Assembly: GCA_002104945.1 (NCBI GenBank)
Contig: MCFH01000036.1
Location: 496,001 to 560,000, forward strand
Direction: 5' to 3'
DNA from: Piromyces finnis finn
Lineage: Eukaryota; Fungi; Neocallimastigomycota
Length of the DNA stretch: 64,000 nucleotides
The notes under the pieces are model-generated. The model searched no databases and had not been told where the DNA came from. It saw only the letters and a list, made by a program, of their open reading frames with translations. The position numbers and the translations under genes are program-made. Below, piece after piece: positions 1 to 14,297 of the stretch (within the stretch, counting starts at the first letter, position 1; every line of letters starts with the position of its first letter).

Positions 1-858
1 GCTGCATAATTATATTTATTTTGAGCACTTCTATATATGATGGAATTATCATAATATTCATTACTCTCGGTATTAAAACTATTAGTATTATATTCCATTG
101 TTTCATTATAGTAGCTACTATACTGATTCGTATTATATTCGTCACAGGTATCACTTTCCATTTTTATGATTATTTAATTTTTAATTGTAATAGGAAATTT
201 TTCAAAAAAATTTTTTTTTTTTCTTTCTTTCTTCTTTATATATATATTTGATATTTATATATAATTTAAAATACTTTTTATGCTTAAAAATATATATATA
301 TTAAAAAAATTAACTACTTTGTTTTAATGTTTTTTAATATATGGTTTGTACGTTTTTGTTTCTTACTATTTCAATTTAGCGTATAATTCAGTTTTAATGA
401 TATTTACAATTTTAATTTACTCTATCCTCTATATATTCAATTTATATTTTGAAAATTATAAAGTTTTTTTTTTTTTTTACCATACAATTATTATAATTAT
501 TACTATTACTGTTGTATTTTTTACTAGTAAAAAGTAAAATATATAATTTTTTTAATAAAAATAATGAATATAATTTTCCTTATAAAAAAAAAAAAATAAA
601 GAATAAAATTAAAAGGTTTTGAAACTTCTTTTACAATAAACTTTAAAAATTTTTTTTGTATTTTATTCAATAATAGTAGTTCGTAATTGATGGATAAATG
701 ATTAATAATAAAACAAATTAGAAAAATGAAGATATAATTATAAAATAATTATATATAATATGCTTTTAAAATAATGTACAAAAAGTTAAATATATAAAGA
801 ATTTTCAAAAAAAAAAAAAAATATATATATATATATTTCATTTCTTTTTTTTTTTTTT

Positions 859-893
<35 letters not shown>

Positions 894-1928
894 ATTATAA
901 TAATTTTAAATTTAGAATAATTATAGTCAACGTGGATAGTCCATAGCAAGAATAAATAATTATAGTGACATTGAATAAATGATATAAATTTAAACTAAAT
1001 ATTTTTTTTATTTATACTAAAAATAATAAAATAAACTTTATTATATAATAGCATTTAGTTTATTTAAAAAAATAAAAATAATAAATATATCATTCTATAT
1101 TTTATACATTAATCTTATTATTTTTATTTCAATAAACTTTAACCCAAAAGTATAATTATTTATAATATATTAATAATAAAAGGAATAGATTACTATATTT
1201 AAATATAGTCATAGTGAATTATAACATGCATCATACATAAATCATATTTTTCTATTTTTCTGTCTTTTTTTTTTTTTTATGCTATTATTTTTTCTTATAA
1301 AATATGTATAAACAATATTTATATATATATAATAATTAAGTTTATAATATGAATTAAAACTTTCTTGACAAAAGGTTATTTTCAAATCAGTTGTAGATAT
1401 TTTTTATTTTAATAAAATTTCTATTTATTTATTATTCTTATTTTTTTTTTAAAAAAAAAAAATGTACTTTGTATGCTAAATTTTATTTTTAAATGTGTAT
1501 TTATGATAAAAACAACAATGATATAATATTGCTTTTTATTAATAAATCATCAAAAAGAAAAAAAAAATAAATAAAATTTAGCTATAATTTTTCATACTTT
1601 TTATAAAATAAAAAAGATTTTATATTCTTTTTTTTTTTTTTTTGATTAACCAAATTAAAAATTATATATTTAAAATAAATAAGGCTTTTATTTTCAAAAA
1701 AAAAAAAATAATAATAATAATAATATATGAATTAATAATAAATTAATAAATGAAACTATAATTACATAACTTTATAGATTAAAAATAATTACTTGTTCAT
1801 TCAATTATTTAAAATTTAATTGTTATTACCCTCTTTTTTTTTTTAGTATTTTATAAAAAAAAAATGAATTTTTTTAATTAATTTTTAAAAAAAGTTTATT
1901 TGGTAATATTATAAAAATATTATTCGTT

Positions 1929-2000
1929 GGGCTCAACCGGGAATTGAACCCGGGACCTCTCACACCCGAAGCGAGAATCATACTACTAGACCATTGAGCC
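1929..2000 (-). tRNA. tRNA-Pro(CGG): tRNA-Pro, anticodon CGG, intronless
   Basis: Reverse complement GGCTCAATGGTCTAGTAGTATGATTCTCGCTTCGGGTGTGAGAGGTCCCGGGTTCAATTCCCGGTTGAGCCC (72 nt): 7-bp acceptor stem GGCTCAA/TTGAGCC, anticodon loop TT-CGG-GT, T-loop GGTTCAA. Confidence 0.95.
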
Positions 2001-4490
2001 GAACGATTACAAAATTTTGTATTTCTATATATAAACTTTTCTCGGAAGAAATGGTTTTTTCAAATTTTTTTTTTTAGCTTGATATCTTTCTTCAAATTTT
2101 ATTATAATTTAAAAATGAATTCATTATAGAATTAATAGTTTTTATTTCTTATTACTTTAAATCTTTTCATTCTGCCATCATTGTGACATAAAAAATTTTA
2201 TTTCATAAACAGTAATAAATCCTATTTTTTCATTTATTATATTTATTGTATTACTAAATAGTCATTCCATTTATATCAATAATTGTTACACAATCATATC
2301 ATTCGTTTATTTTTTTTTCTAAAAAAATACCTCCTATTAGTATTATTATTAGTATTATTATTCCTATATTGTTTTTGAACTGTAATATGGGGATATTATA
2401 ATTATTTATATATTAATTCTATATTAATTCTATAATGATAAAAATTTATTTAATCTAACCCTAGATATATGGTTAGATTTAAATTCTAACCTTTTATTTC
2501 TAAAAATCGAAACATCAAACTTTTTTTTTTTCCTTCTTTTGATATTATTCTATTATCAAAATTACTTTATATATTTTATTTTTCTTTTATCTATTCAAAA
2601 TTATTATTCTATTATTAGTTGCTAAAAGAATAATACAACAATCAACAGTAATTTAAAGCTTAATGAATATTTAGGTATCTGTAACAAACTGAAATTCCAA
2701 CAACACAATTAATTTTATTACTAAAAACCTTTTATTTTTTTATAAAATTTTAAATCTTATTTTACGAATAAAATATTATTTTTCTTATCCTTTAGAAAAA
2801 TCAATTATAACAAAATAATAATTTCGGTATAGTAAATTTCCTAACGCATTATACAAAAGTTTAATTCCGTTCTTATATATAAATATGTATTATAAAAAAG
2901 TTTAACTGCATTCTCAAAGAAGTTTAAATAGAAATAAATCAATACTTTATTGATTTTATTTAAGGATATTTAATAAAGATGGTCTAGATTACAAAGCTAA
3001 TTTTCACATAAAAATATACAAAATTTATATTATTTATTAATTTTCATGTGATTCATTAAATGAAAAAATATTTCAAAAGTTTTTTTATATTTATCATAAA
3101 ATGTTGCCACAGCTATTGAATAAAAAGTATAATTTAATATTACTTTTCATATTAAAACCAAAATATAATTAATCATTATAATCATTAGTATTCAATTGTA
3201 TTCTTATTAGCTAGATTCTTTTTTCTTTTTATTTCATTATTCTTCTTTTTAAAAATTGCTGCTTTTTTGTTTGAAAAAAGCAACAACATAGAAATACATT
3301 GAATTCATTATAAAACTATTATGCGTATGTTTAAATTAAATATTAAGCTATATACAAAAAAAATAGGTGGTGATTTAAGATGAAGTTTATACAACTCTTT
3401 TTGAATAATATTAATAAAATGTTTGAAGTTTCTATTTATGGTATAATTATAAAAGTATTAATTTAAAATATCTGGGTCTAGAAGCTACGAATTGTTTTTT
3501 ATATTAAATTTTTAATATATTTAAATATAATATAATATATAAATAAATTTAATAATAGTAATATTAAATTAGATTAGAAAGACAATTTTTATTGGAAATT
3601 TCTATTTCCTTTTTTTTAAAAGAAAAAAGTTCTAGATTCACTTAGTCACCAAAACTTTAATAAATATAAATAAAAAAGGTTTTAAATTTAGTGTAGTACA
3701 AAAAATGAAAAGACTGTTTTTATGATAGAAATGGAAAAATACAGTATATAGAATAATAGTAATGATAACAATAGTAATATCAGTACTTAATACCTAATTC
3801 TATCGCAATAATTATGAAAAGAGAAGTAGATATAAAAATATTTTAGTTTTAAACTAAGGAATATTAATTGGCATTTTTTATTTACTTATCACTTTGTTAT
3901 TTTAAATATTATTTTGTGACCGATAAATATTTTTTTTTTTTAATTAATCAACATATAATATACATTCATTTAATATAAATATATATTGTGAATAATATAT
4001 TACAATATAAATTTTATTTTTAATTATTTTTTTTAATTTTAGACATTATTCATTTATAAATTTTGTTAGTGTGGAAAATATCCAAAAAAATAAGATATAT
4101 TAAATGAATTATTGTTCTATATATTACAATTATATTTAAATATATGTTTTTTTTTCTAAATATTTTAATTTTTTATTAATTTTTGGCAAAATTTATTAAG
4201 AAAATATTAATAATAGTAATACAATTTTTTTAATAAAAATTATTATTCATAATCGGTATGGATATTATCTATATTTATTATTAAATATTATTCATTGTTT
4301 TATTAAACATTTGTAATCTTCAATTAATAAAAAAAGTCTTTTTTTGAATAGAGAATGAAAAATGATTAATAGTGAAATAATAGAACTTGATTATAATTAA
4401 TCAAAAATTCATATTTATATAAGCTATAAAAAAGTTATTCAAATTTTCCATCAATAAAAGTGCTTCTAATATTAAGAATTTATGATGTAT

Positions 4491-4648
4491 TATATATAAT
4501 TATAATGAATATCAGAGCTTTAATAATAATTTAAAATTCTTTTTAAATTTTTAAGCTCTGATATTCATTATAATTATATATATATTATTAACTTTAATAA
4601 TAATTTAAAATTCTTTTTAAATTTTAAATTATTATTAAAGTTAATAAT
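4491..4648. repeat. Two adjacent perfect inverted repeats (30-bp and 29-bp arms)
   Basis: 4491-4520 is the exact reverse complement of 4553-4582; 4584-4612 is the exact reverse complement of 4620-4648 (7-nt loop); 4521-4550 recurs at 4595-4624. Confidence 0.9.
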
Positions 4649-6322
4649 GTGAAAACTTATAGACACATAATTTTATTTATACATATCATATATTTATGAA
4701 CACACGTGCCACTAATTTATAAAAAACATAAACATGTATTAAAAGTGTTGTAAATGTAATGTCTACCTGTTGTAGAGAAAGTTATTTTTTATTTATTTTA
4801 TTTTATATTATCACATGACCACATCTTATTATATAACCTTGTGAATAAAATTATTTAGTAATTAAATTTATTTCACAAATAAAATTATCTGCAATTAAAT
4901 TAATGAAAAGGTAAAAATAAAATTAGTGTATGTAAATGAATAAAAGTTTTCAATAGTTATAAATTATAAATAAATTATATAAAAAATAAATAAAATCATT
5001 CTCATCTATTTAGAAAATTTTCTTATACTATTGTAAAAAAAAAGTGTAGGTATTATTTACTATTACTATAAAAAGAATAGGAAAATAATCAAAAGTTAAG
5101 GTTATGAGAATAATTCATTTTTCTTAAGATGATTCAATCACTTAATTTGATATTTAAAATGGATTAGTGTAATTTTTTTTCCATTTCCTATTAAGAAACA
5201 AAATACAATCTTTTTTTTTTTGTCAATAATTCATTAATGAATCTTTTTTGGTATTAAAAAATGTGCAATGTAATAATAATGTTAACTGTTTAACGTTAAC
5301 CATTTCAATTCTTCTCATAATTAATATTTCATTAGGCAAGTTCCTAGGATAAAAAAGAGCTTGTTTAAATTTTTTTAAAAAGACATTTTTTTCGTTTATC
5401 AATATCTTATTATATTTACGCCACTATATCCCTTTTTTAACTATTTAAAGCAAGTTTTATTTATCTTTTTTTTTTAAATTTTTTTTAAATCTTAATAATT
5501 ATAAAGAATATTTGGTTAGAAACTTTATTTTATATTTAATTTTAAAAGGATCAAAATTCATAATAAACTTTATTAAATATAAAACACAAATCCATTGGTA
5601 CCGACCGTTGTAATCATTGATCATAATGAAAACCAAATTTATGATAATTATAGTTTTTTTTTAAAGAATGTAATTTATTATTATTATTATTATTATTATT
5701 AGTAATAATAATAGCATTATTAGCATTATTGTTTAAAAACCATTATATAAAGAGAATACCTTTTTATGACTTGGATATAAAAGTCAAGAATAGAAAAAAT
5801 TAAGAATATCTATAGTATAAATGAATTGTTTTACTTTTATTGCAAATCTTTTTTTTTTAATGCAAGAATGGTGAAGAATAAAAAGAATACCACCATAGAT
5901 TTTTTGATAATGATTTCCTTTTGAGGTATGGTGGTAAATCAATAATAAAAAAAATGTTTTAAATGTTTATATTCATAGTTGATTAATACTAAAAAAATTA
6001 ATATTAACAGAAAAAGTTTATAGATTAATTTTTAATTAAAAATAGATATTTTATTTTTGAAAAAGGAAATTTTTTAAATTTTAATTTATATTGTTGACAC
6101 ACAAATTTTTAAGAATTATGGATTTTATTTTTTAAAAAGAAAATATTCCGTTTTGTTAATAAATAAAAAAAAAAAAAAACAACTTTTAAGCTGATTAGCT
6201 TAGATAAAATCTCTACAAATGTGTCTGTTAAAATAATAATAAAATGTAGTCATTTTTACAATAAAATAGTTTTATTGTATAATTTATAATATCTATAGTT
6301 CTACAATAATAACTTACACTTA

Positions 6323-6548
6323 TTTCAAATACTATATCCTAATCTTACTACACGTATTTTCAAATACTATAGTATATCTAATCTTACTACACGTATTTTC
6401 AAATTTATAATATGTCCTAATCTTACTACACGTATTTTCAAATACTATAGTATATCCTAATTTTACTACACATATTTTCAAATACTATAATATATCCTAA
6501 TTTTACTACACGTATTTTCAAATTTATAATATGTCCAAATTTTACTAT
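6323..6548. repeat. Minisatellite, ~39-40-bp unit, about 5.5 copies
   Basis: Unit TAAT(C/T)TTACTACAC(G/A)TATTTTCAAAT(AC/T)TATA(G/A)TAT(A/G)TCC starts near 6340, 6379, 6418, 6458 and 6498, with a partial copy near 6538. Confidence 0.9.
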
Positions 6549-9424
6549 AAAGATAGAAATTGTAATACATCAACTTTATAGTGCTATTGAATTATTCTTC
6601 TAGTATTAATATTGAAACATAACTTTAATTTTTGTTATTCTAATATTAAAGCATAACTTTGTTATTATTGTGAAAATTTTTGGTTGTTTAGTACATTTTT
6701 GGTAAAAGAGTAAAATCTTAGTTTAAAACTTATTAAACTTTAATAATTAAAAAAATAAGCAATTGGGTCATAGTATGATAAATATAAAACATTTTTTGGG
6801 ATAATAATGTGCTTATTACTAAAAAAAAAAAGATAAATCAAAATAAGACAAACCAAAGCTTTGCTTGTAAAAAATTGGAACATAATAATTAATAGTTAAA
6901 AAAAAAAAAAAACCCAGCATGTGATGGCGACTTCTTTTTTTTCTTATTCTTATAAAACATTCTTGTAAATTTTTTCTTTTTTTTTTTTATCCTATCATGT
7001 TTCATTAATGTACTATTGATCATGACTATTTTAAGACTATTTTTTAATAAATAAATGAATAAGTAAATAAATGGAAATTTGACAGTAAATAAATAGAAAA
7101 TTAATTTATTTATACTCACCAATATATTAGAATATATAGCATAAATTAAGTTTTTCGATTCTCCTATTTTATATTTAAATTTTAAAATGGTTCTAGTACA
7201 TGGTTCTTTTTTATATTATATTAAAATGTCTAATTAATATATTTATATATTAAAAATATAATATCAAACCTCTTCTATATATTATAATAAATTAGAATAT
7301 ATAATGATCAATTTATTTCAAAGTGTTGGAAAACAGACAAATCATTGATTTTTGTTGTTGTAAAATTGGTTTAATTTATTTTACATATATCAATATGAAC
7401 TTTATTACTATGATTTATATATTTATTATTTATTATATTATTATATTAAAGAATTAAACTTTATTTATTAATATTTAAAACTATGGAAATAAAAATTAAT
7501 TTAGAATGTTTTTATTTATTAATTATATATTGATAGTATATATATTTTATATATTTATTTATTCATTTTGTTATGGACCAGGACTAGAATTTTTTAATCT
7601 ATAAAAAAATAAATTAATTTTTTAATATAAATACTTTTTATTATTAATTAATAAAATTTATCCGAAATCTTATTATTAATCAAAAGTTTATTTTATAATA
7701 CTTTTTATATTAAACGATTTCCGTTATTATACTGAAACAATATATTATTTCTTGTTCTATAATTTAAAATTTGCTAATTGGTTATATTATTTCTTTATTA
7801 CCTAATATATTAGATATAATTATATTATTTATAGAACAAAAAAATAGAATAAAAATTTTAATTGTTATCTTTACCTATTCCATGATACTTTATTGGATGG
7901 CGATTTAATATATTTATTTTTAATAATATATTGGATTTAATTGGATTATATATAAAAACAATTACCATTAAATTAATTACTTATATAGTATATATTGTTT
8001 TATTTCTTTATTAAAATGTTAGATATATATTACATTGATTGTATTTTTCATCTTTTTTAATATTATGAAACATAAGGATTGTTTTGTTTTCACTTTTTAT
8101 TACTAATATACTAATTATATAATAAATTATGAATGGAATATATTTTCTAATATAAATAATATATTGAATATAATTTTTATCTAAACAAACTTTATTCATT
8201 ATAAAATAAATATTTATTAAATTAAATTATTTAGTAAATGAAAACAATTATTCTATTATACTACCTATATATAAATACTATATATTATAGTTAAATTTAA
8301 ATATTATTATTAAACTATTAAATATTAATAAAAATATAAATTTTATATGTATTTTTGACTTTGATGAAGTAAATAATATAATAATAATATATAAGACTTA
8401 TTAATTATTAATAAAATTTTTATAATTATGGATGTTGAAATATATTTTAATTTTTTTTTAAACTATTAATATATATATTACTAATTTACCATTTTTTTTT
8501 TTAGAAAATTTTTGAAGTTTTTGTTTTTTTATATTTAATTTTGTTTTTTTTTTTCATTATAAAAAAATTATATGTGATTTTAATCTAAAGTTATAATTAT
8601 TAACTAAATATTAAGGAATTAAACATATTTAATTTCAACGTATCATATAATCAAAGAAAAATAACTGAAAAAACATTTATAAGGTTTACAAAAATAATTT
8701 TAAAAAGATTTATAATTGTAAACAAATGTACTTTGAAAAATACACTTTCTTTTAAACAAAATAATTTAGTATTATTACCAATAGAAAAAACACTTTTATT
8801 TTATATAAGTCGTTTTTGATTTTTTTTATAATTCTATTAGTGAAACAATTTTTTTTTTTTTTTGAAAAATATTAAAGTCAGTTTAATCTTAACAAAACTT
8901 TTATATATTTAATTGATAATTGCGATAAATAAAAACAAATATTGAATAATTTGTAAAAAGGAAATAAATATATATGAAAATCAACGAGAAGCAAAACAAA
9001 AAATAAAATATTAAAAAAGTGTAATTTGAAAATAAAACAGTAAACAAGCTAATTTTAATATTTAGTAAAAAGAAAATTATTTTTATAAACTGAAAGTATA
9101 ACTTTTATACAATTTTTATAGAAATAGTAATTAATATTGTAAATCAATAATGATAAAAATATTAAGAGCAAATAATAGGTAAAAAAAGAATATATATAAG
9201 AGTTACTTTGATATATATTATCTATCAAAGAAAGGGAAATGTAAAAATTTTAAATGATTTCCCAAAGAAATAATTTTGTTAGACTTTAAAAATAAAAGTA
9301 AAAAATATATAATAAAATAATGATAAAGTATTTTAAGTAAAAAAAAAAAAAACAAATATAAAAAAAAGTAAATATAAAAAAAAAACAAAATTCAATATTA
9401 TTTTTATTAAATTTATATATAAAA

Positions 9425-11249
9425 ATGACAGCATATAGTGTAACGTATAATGAAGATGATATCAATTCATTTGAAAATAATATGGATATCAATACATTTA
9501 ATAATAATAATGATTCATTTGAAAATGATATAAATCCAGATACAATGTTCAATTCGGATAATAATGAAAACAAATATATTGATTTTAAAGGAAAATTCAT
9601 TATTTCACCGGAAAAATTTTTAGATAATAAAATTTTTTTGGGTAAATATAATGTTAACCTTGATGAATGTAAAACCAAATGTGACGAAAATATAAAGTGC
9701 CATTGGTTACAACACAGTAATAAAGAAAATTCATGTTATTTATATTCATTGGAAAATAATAGTAATGTTGTACTTCAATTACGAAAAAGCAAAAAAATAA
9801 TTTCAGGGTATTCGGTTAATCAAAATATAGATTCAGAAGGCATAATAATACCTGCTAACAGTCCAGAGGAATGCCATAGTCAATGTAATAATAATTTATG
9901 TTTATATAGTGAATTCAATACAAGTTTAAATATACCACAATGTAAATTATTTTACATGTTTGAAGATAATATCTATACAGTATCTTTTAATAATCTTGGA
10001 AAAAAAAAGGTAAGATTTTTATAATAGTATTGTATTCATTATATATTAATATAAAAAATAATAGTATATAATTCTTACGATCAATTTTAATTGTCAATAT
10101 TAATGTATATAGTTAACGAGTGATGAATTAGAAGTTAGTACTAATATTATGGGAAATGAAAATGAAAATGAAAATATTCGTACAGGTTCTCACGGGGAAT
10201 ACTATATTAGTGTTTATACATTATATGGTTTAACAATAATTATACTAGTACTAGTAGCAATAATATTATGTATTTTCAAAAAAAGAAGTGATAATGAAAA
10301 AATGCTATTGTATACTTTAAGTAATATAACGGCAAATTCTCAATCAAGATCACGGTCAAAGTCAAGTCCAAGTGAAAATATGAGTTATTTAAATAGTGGA
10401 TCTTATTTTCAAAATACCTTTAATGCTTCTAGTATTACAATAAACCCAGATACAATAGAAAACTTTAGTCAAAAGCATTCTAAAGGTACTAGTCATACTG
10501 GAACAAGTATAAAAAAGTCTAAGAGGAAAAGTTCTAGTTCCAAAGCACCTTCAATACATTCAATATCAACTTTATGTAACGGTAATAGTTCTCCAAATAA
10601 TGTACAAGATAATTCACAAAATGATAAAAGTTATCATAATCTTTCCCTTTCTACAAAAAAATCTTCCTATAATTATTCTATTAAAACTTTTTCTGCAAAG
10701 GATCCATCTCTTACTGGATTATCTCAAAATATTAAAACATTATTTGCAAATTCATATAATGGAACAAGCGATACAAATAGTTATTACGAAACATTTAGTA
10801 CCCTTCCAACAAATTCTCCAAAAATTGATTCATCCTATGATAATGTACTCTATAAAGATAATGTAACTTCATCCTCAATAAAAACTATGTATGGTCAACA
10901 TAAGAAACAAAATTCATCAATATCCATCACTATACCAAAGATTTCTAATAGCAATACTATAAATGTCTCACCCAAAAACAGTTATTCAGCTGGTGGTAAT
11001 TTAATAGCTGTTAGTTCACCGCAGCAACAAAGAGTTATTAAGATTAAAAAGCCAGTACATACCAAACAATTTTCTGTTTCAAAAAGTGTATACTCAGAAC
11101 CAATGTTACCCATAAATACAGATAATTCAGAAATATTGTTGCATGATGATCTTGATGGAATAAGTTATATTGAACCACAAGATCAAATTTCTTTTAATGG
11201 TAATTCAATTCCAAGTGTAACTATTGTTAATACTACCAAAGTAAAATGA
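9425..11249 (+). CDS. Single-pass membrane protein with two PAN/Apple-like Cys modules and a Ser/Thr-rich tail; exons 9425-10009 + 10113-11249, ~573 aa
   Basis: Phase-0 intron (GTAAGA at 10010, TAG ending 10112) joins the two ORFs in frame. Motifs ECKTKCDENIKCHWL and SPEECHSQCNNNLCLYSEF resemble PAN C-x3-C-x4/5-C. Hydrophobic YTLYGLTIIILVLVAIILCIF is followed by KKR. PAN assignment is by pattern only. Confidence 0.7.
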
Positions 11250-11389
11250 ATAATATAAAATATTTATTTAATTTATTTACTGTATTTTATATTAAAAAAA
11301 AAATTATTTACTTTTTTTTTTTTTTTTTGAAAATTAAAGTAATATTTGTATTAATAGATAAAAAATACATAAACATTTTTCATATATAC

Positions 11390-11780
11390 GTACATACATA
11401 CATACATACATACATACATACATACAAGTTTATATAAAAATTTAAATAATTTTTATATAAACATTTTTTTTAATCCTCATTTCATTATCATTCATTTAAT
11501 TTATTTATAAGTCAAAATAATAATTCTAATAAACATCCTAAAATTATATATATATATATATATAAAATGAATAAATATAAAAAGAAAAAATTCTTTTTAT
11601 ATTATACATATTATTTTTATGTTTTACATATATAATGTATATATGCATTTTTTTTATATATAAAATATTCATTAGTTTTAAAATTATATTTTTTTTTTTT
11701 TTTTTTTATGGATTATTATTTTGAAATCATCATAACTTAACTTTATATCAATAATATAAAAATTAACAAATAATATAATA

Positions 11781-11811
<31 letters not shown>

Positions 11812-11852
11812 CAAAACAAAACAAAAAAAAAAACAAAACAAAACAAAAAAAC
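11390..11852. repeat. Microsatellites (ACAT)n ~11390-11424 and (AAAAC)n ~11783-11852
   Basis: Read directly from sequence. Confidence 0.85.
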
Positions 11853-12391
11853 AAAAGATTACTATTTTATAAAGTAAAATAAAATAAAAATTTTAACAAT
11901 TAAATATATAAAGTTTTTTTTTTTTTTAAAAGTGATAAATATAGATAGAACTTAATATAATTTTTTTTGATGATAGAAATTACTATAACTAAATTTTAAC
12001 GTTTTAAAAAACGATATATCACAAATTTAAAAGTAGCAATTTATAAGTATTTTTATTAAAATGGAAATGAAAAAAAAAAAAAAAAAAAGATGGCTTTTTA
12101 ACAGTATTGCTTTTATTTAAACTATTAATTTCAAAATAGCAAAAGTTGTGGGAATATAGATATTGTAAGATATTATTATTATAAAGCATCAGCATATAAA
12201 ATATTAGTAAATATTCTGCTAAATTATCGGTTTTTAAAGATGGTCTGGCATGATTTCAATGATTTTTATTGTCTTTCTTGGTAAAAATTTAAAAATTATT
12301 TTTAAAAAAAAATTCTACAAATTGGTGGAAAAATTAATATAAAAAATTTTTTAAAAAAATTTTTTTCTATAGAAAAATCGACATTTAAAAA

Positions 12392-12421
12392 TTTCTACAA
12401 AATTCTATAATTTTATAGAAA
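12392..12421 (+). promoter_or_regulatory. Degenerate heat-shock-element-like array upstream of HSP20 copy a (paralogues at 20442-20471 and 27875-27904)
   Basis: In-register pentamers tTTCt aCAAa aTTCt aTAAt tTTAt aGAAa, ~460 bp upstream of the ATG. HSE consensus is alternating nGAAn/nTTCn. Confidence 0.55.
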
Positions 12422-12878
12422 AAGAATAATTTTAATTTTTTTTCTGTTTTTATAATTCATTAATAAAATAATAATAAAATAATTTAACGAAAGAAAGAAA
12501 GAAAGAAAAAAAAGAGACTTTTTATTTTATATGAAAAAATATAAATACCTCAAACATTCTTTTTTTTTTTTTTTTAAATAATCATTATATTCATTATTTA
12601 ATTATTAAATAAATAATATTAAAAATATTAATAAATAAAATATTATTAAATATAAATAAAATAAATATTTAATATAAAAGTGTTATAACTATACAACTAT
12701 TCAACTATTCAACTACACAACTATATAACTTATATAACTATATAACTATATATTATATATTATCAATAATTTAAAATTAATATATAAAATTAAAACCAGT
12801 TATAACATAACAATTATAAAATAACAATCATATAATTAAAATATATATTTAAAAAAAAGAAATATCAAAATATCAAAA

Positions 12879-13523
12879 ATGTCTTTATTCTTTTTAAATG
12901 ATCCAATTCGTGAAAGTGACCGTTCTATCTTAAATAATTCTATCTTGGATGATAACAAGTGTGATTTATCTGATGACGGTGAAGATTATTCTCATCCTTT
13001 CACTTCCGCTGCTTTCCCTGGTTTCTTCTTTGGTTATCCTCCTTATGCTTATCCTACTCATCTTCATTCTAATGCCGCCACCACTGCTAAACCAAATACA
13101 AAAACTACCGCCGGTAAATCAAATACAAAATCTAGTGTTAAAGGACAATCATCCTTTCATCCATTTGATAAAGATGTTTATAAATTAGTTGATTTTCGTC
13201 CAAAGAATAATTTATGCGAAGATGAAAAGAATTATTATATACAAATTGATTTACCAGGAATGAGTAAAGAACAAATTCATATGGAACTAACAGAAGATAA
13301 TATTATTAGTATTTCAGGAGAAAGAGCAAAGAAAAATAATGTTGAAGGAATGAAATATTCAAAAATGGAATGTGAATATGGTAAATTTTCAAGATCCTTT
13401 AGTATTCCTGAAACAGGAGATATTGAAAAGATTGAAGCTAAAATGGAAAATGGAGTATTAGAAGTTATTATTCCTAAAATTTCAATACCAAAAACTCAAC
13501 GTCGTACAATTTTAGTACAATAA
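12879..13523 (+). CDS. HSP20: Small heat-shock protein (alpha-crystallin domain), copy a, 214 aa
   Basis: ACD motifs YYIQIDLPGM-x-KEQI, ISISGER, YGKFSRSFSIP, IEAKMENGVLEVIIPK, C-terminal I-x-V (ILV); intronless. Confidence 0.95.
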   Translation: MSLFFLNDPIRESDRSILNNSILDDNKCDLSDDGEDYSHPFTSAAFPGFFFGYPPYAYPTHLHSNAATTAKPNTKTTAGKSNTKSSVKGQSSFHPFDKDVYKLVDFRPKNNLCEDEKNYYIQIDLPGMSKEQIHMELTEDNIISISGERAKKNNVEGMKYSKMECEYGKFSRSFSIPETGDIEKIEAKMENGVLEVIIPKISIPKTQRRTILVQ

Positions 13524-14297
13524 CTATAATAAAATAAAATAAAATAATTAAAAAAATAAATGAAACCAACAACAAAAAAAAAAAAAAAAAAAAAAATGAA
13601 TAATAACCAAATATAAATTCTATCTTAACTTATTATCATTATAATTAATATGTATATAACTATTATAAATATAACATATCTTAAAATATTAAATATATTA
13701 CATATCTTATATTTTATTTAATAAAACATATTTTACTTTAATACTTCATTCACCTCCTACTACTATAAAATGAACTATATAATATTATAAATAATAAATA
13801 ATATTAAATGATATTATAATATTATATGTAAATTAATTAATTCTTATATATATCTGTTATTAAACTAATTTCAATTTCATGTAAACGATTATAAAAAATA
13901 AAGTTAATAATTATAATAAAAAAAAGAAAAAAGATTAAAATTTAGATAAATTATAAAGTGTGTTTGTATTTAAAGTGTATTTAATGTGTATCTAGTATAT
14001 AATGTGTTTTTAAAATTGAAAATGTTATTAGAAAATTTAAGCATAAAATAATAAATATATAAATAAAAGATGAATTTAATATTTATTTTATTAAATACTT
14101 ATAATAGTATTAATTGTCTTTCTTAATAAATAGAAGAATTAAGATACTTTAAAAACCAATAGTAAATGCTTATTTGATTTTTCATTAATGTCACTTTTGA
14201 CACTTTTGAAAGAGAAAATTTTAAATATAAACATCTTATATACTTTTATAAAAACATTATTATTATTATTATTATTATGTTGTTAATGTCAAAATAT

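Noticed and set aside
5417-5437. Minus-strand KKGYSGV resembling an ExoIII/APE motif, plus IYGGILFILHHSC near 5860-5900
   Set aside because: Short and bounded by stops, with no other motifs in register; could be chance or an unrecognisably old relic.
5886-5936. Small hairpins (TACCACCATA/TATGGTGGTA; also near 2452, 36986, 42908 and 62095)
   Set aside because: Stems of 10 bp or less, isolated, and expected by chance in 64 kb of low-complexity DNA.
6323-6548. CRISPR-like appearance of the 40-bp repeat (and the 54-bp repeat at 60781)
   Set aside because: Units are contiguous with no unique spacers, there are no cas genes, and the context is eukaryotic.
21-9678. Short ORFs at 21, 346, 6889, 8011 and 9286
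   Set aside because: F/I/Y/K-biased translations of AT-rich DNA, or an antisense shadow of the PAN gene; no motifs or splice support.
13523-13600. HSP20 copies as LINE-made retrocopies (intronless, A-tract ~50 bp after the stop)
   Set aside because: Homology extends ~720 bp upstream and hundreds of bp past the A-tract with no TSDs, which fits DNA-level duplication.
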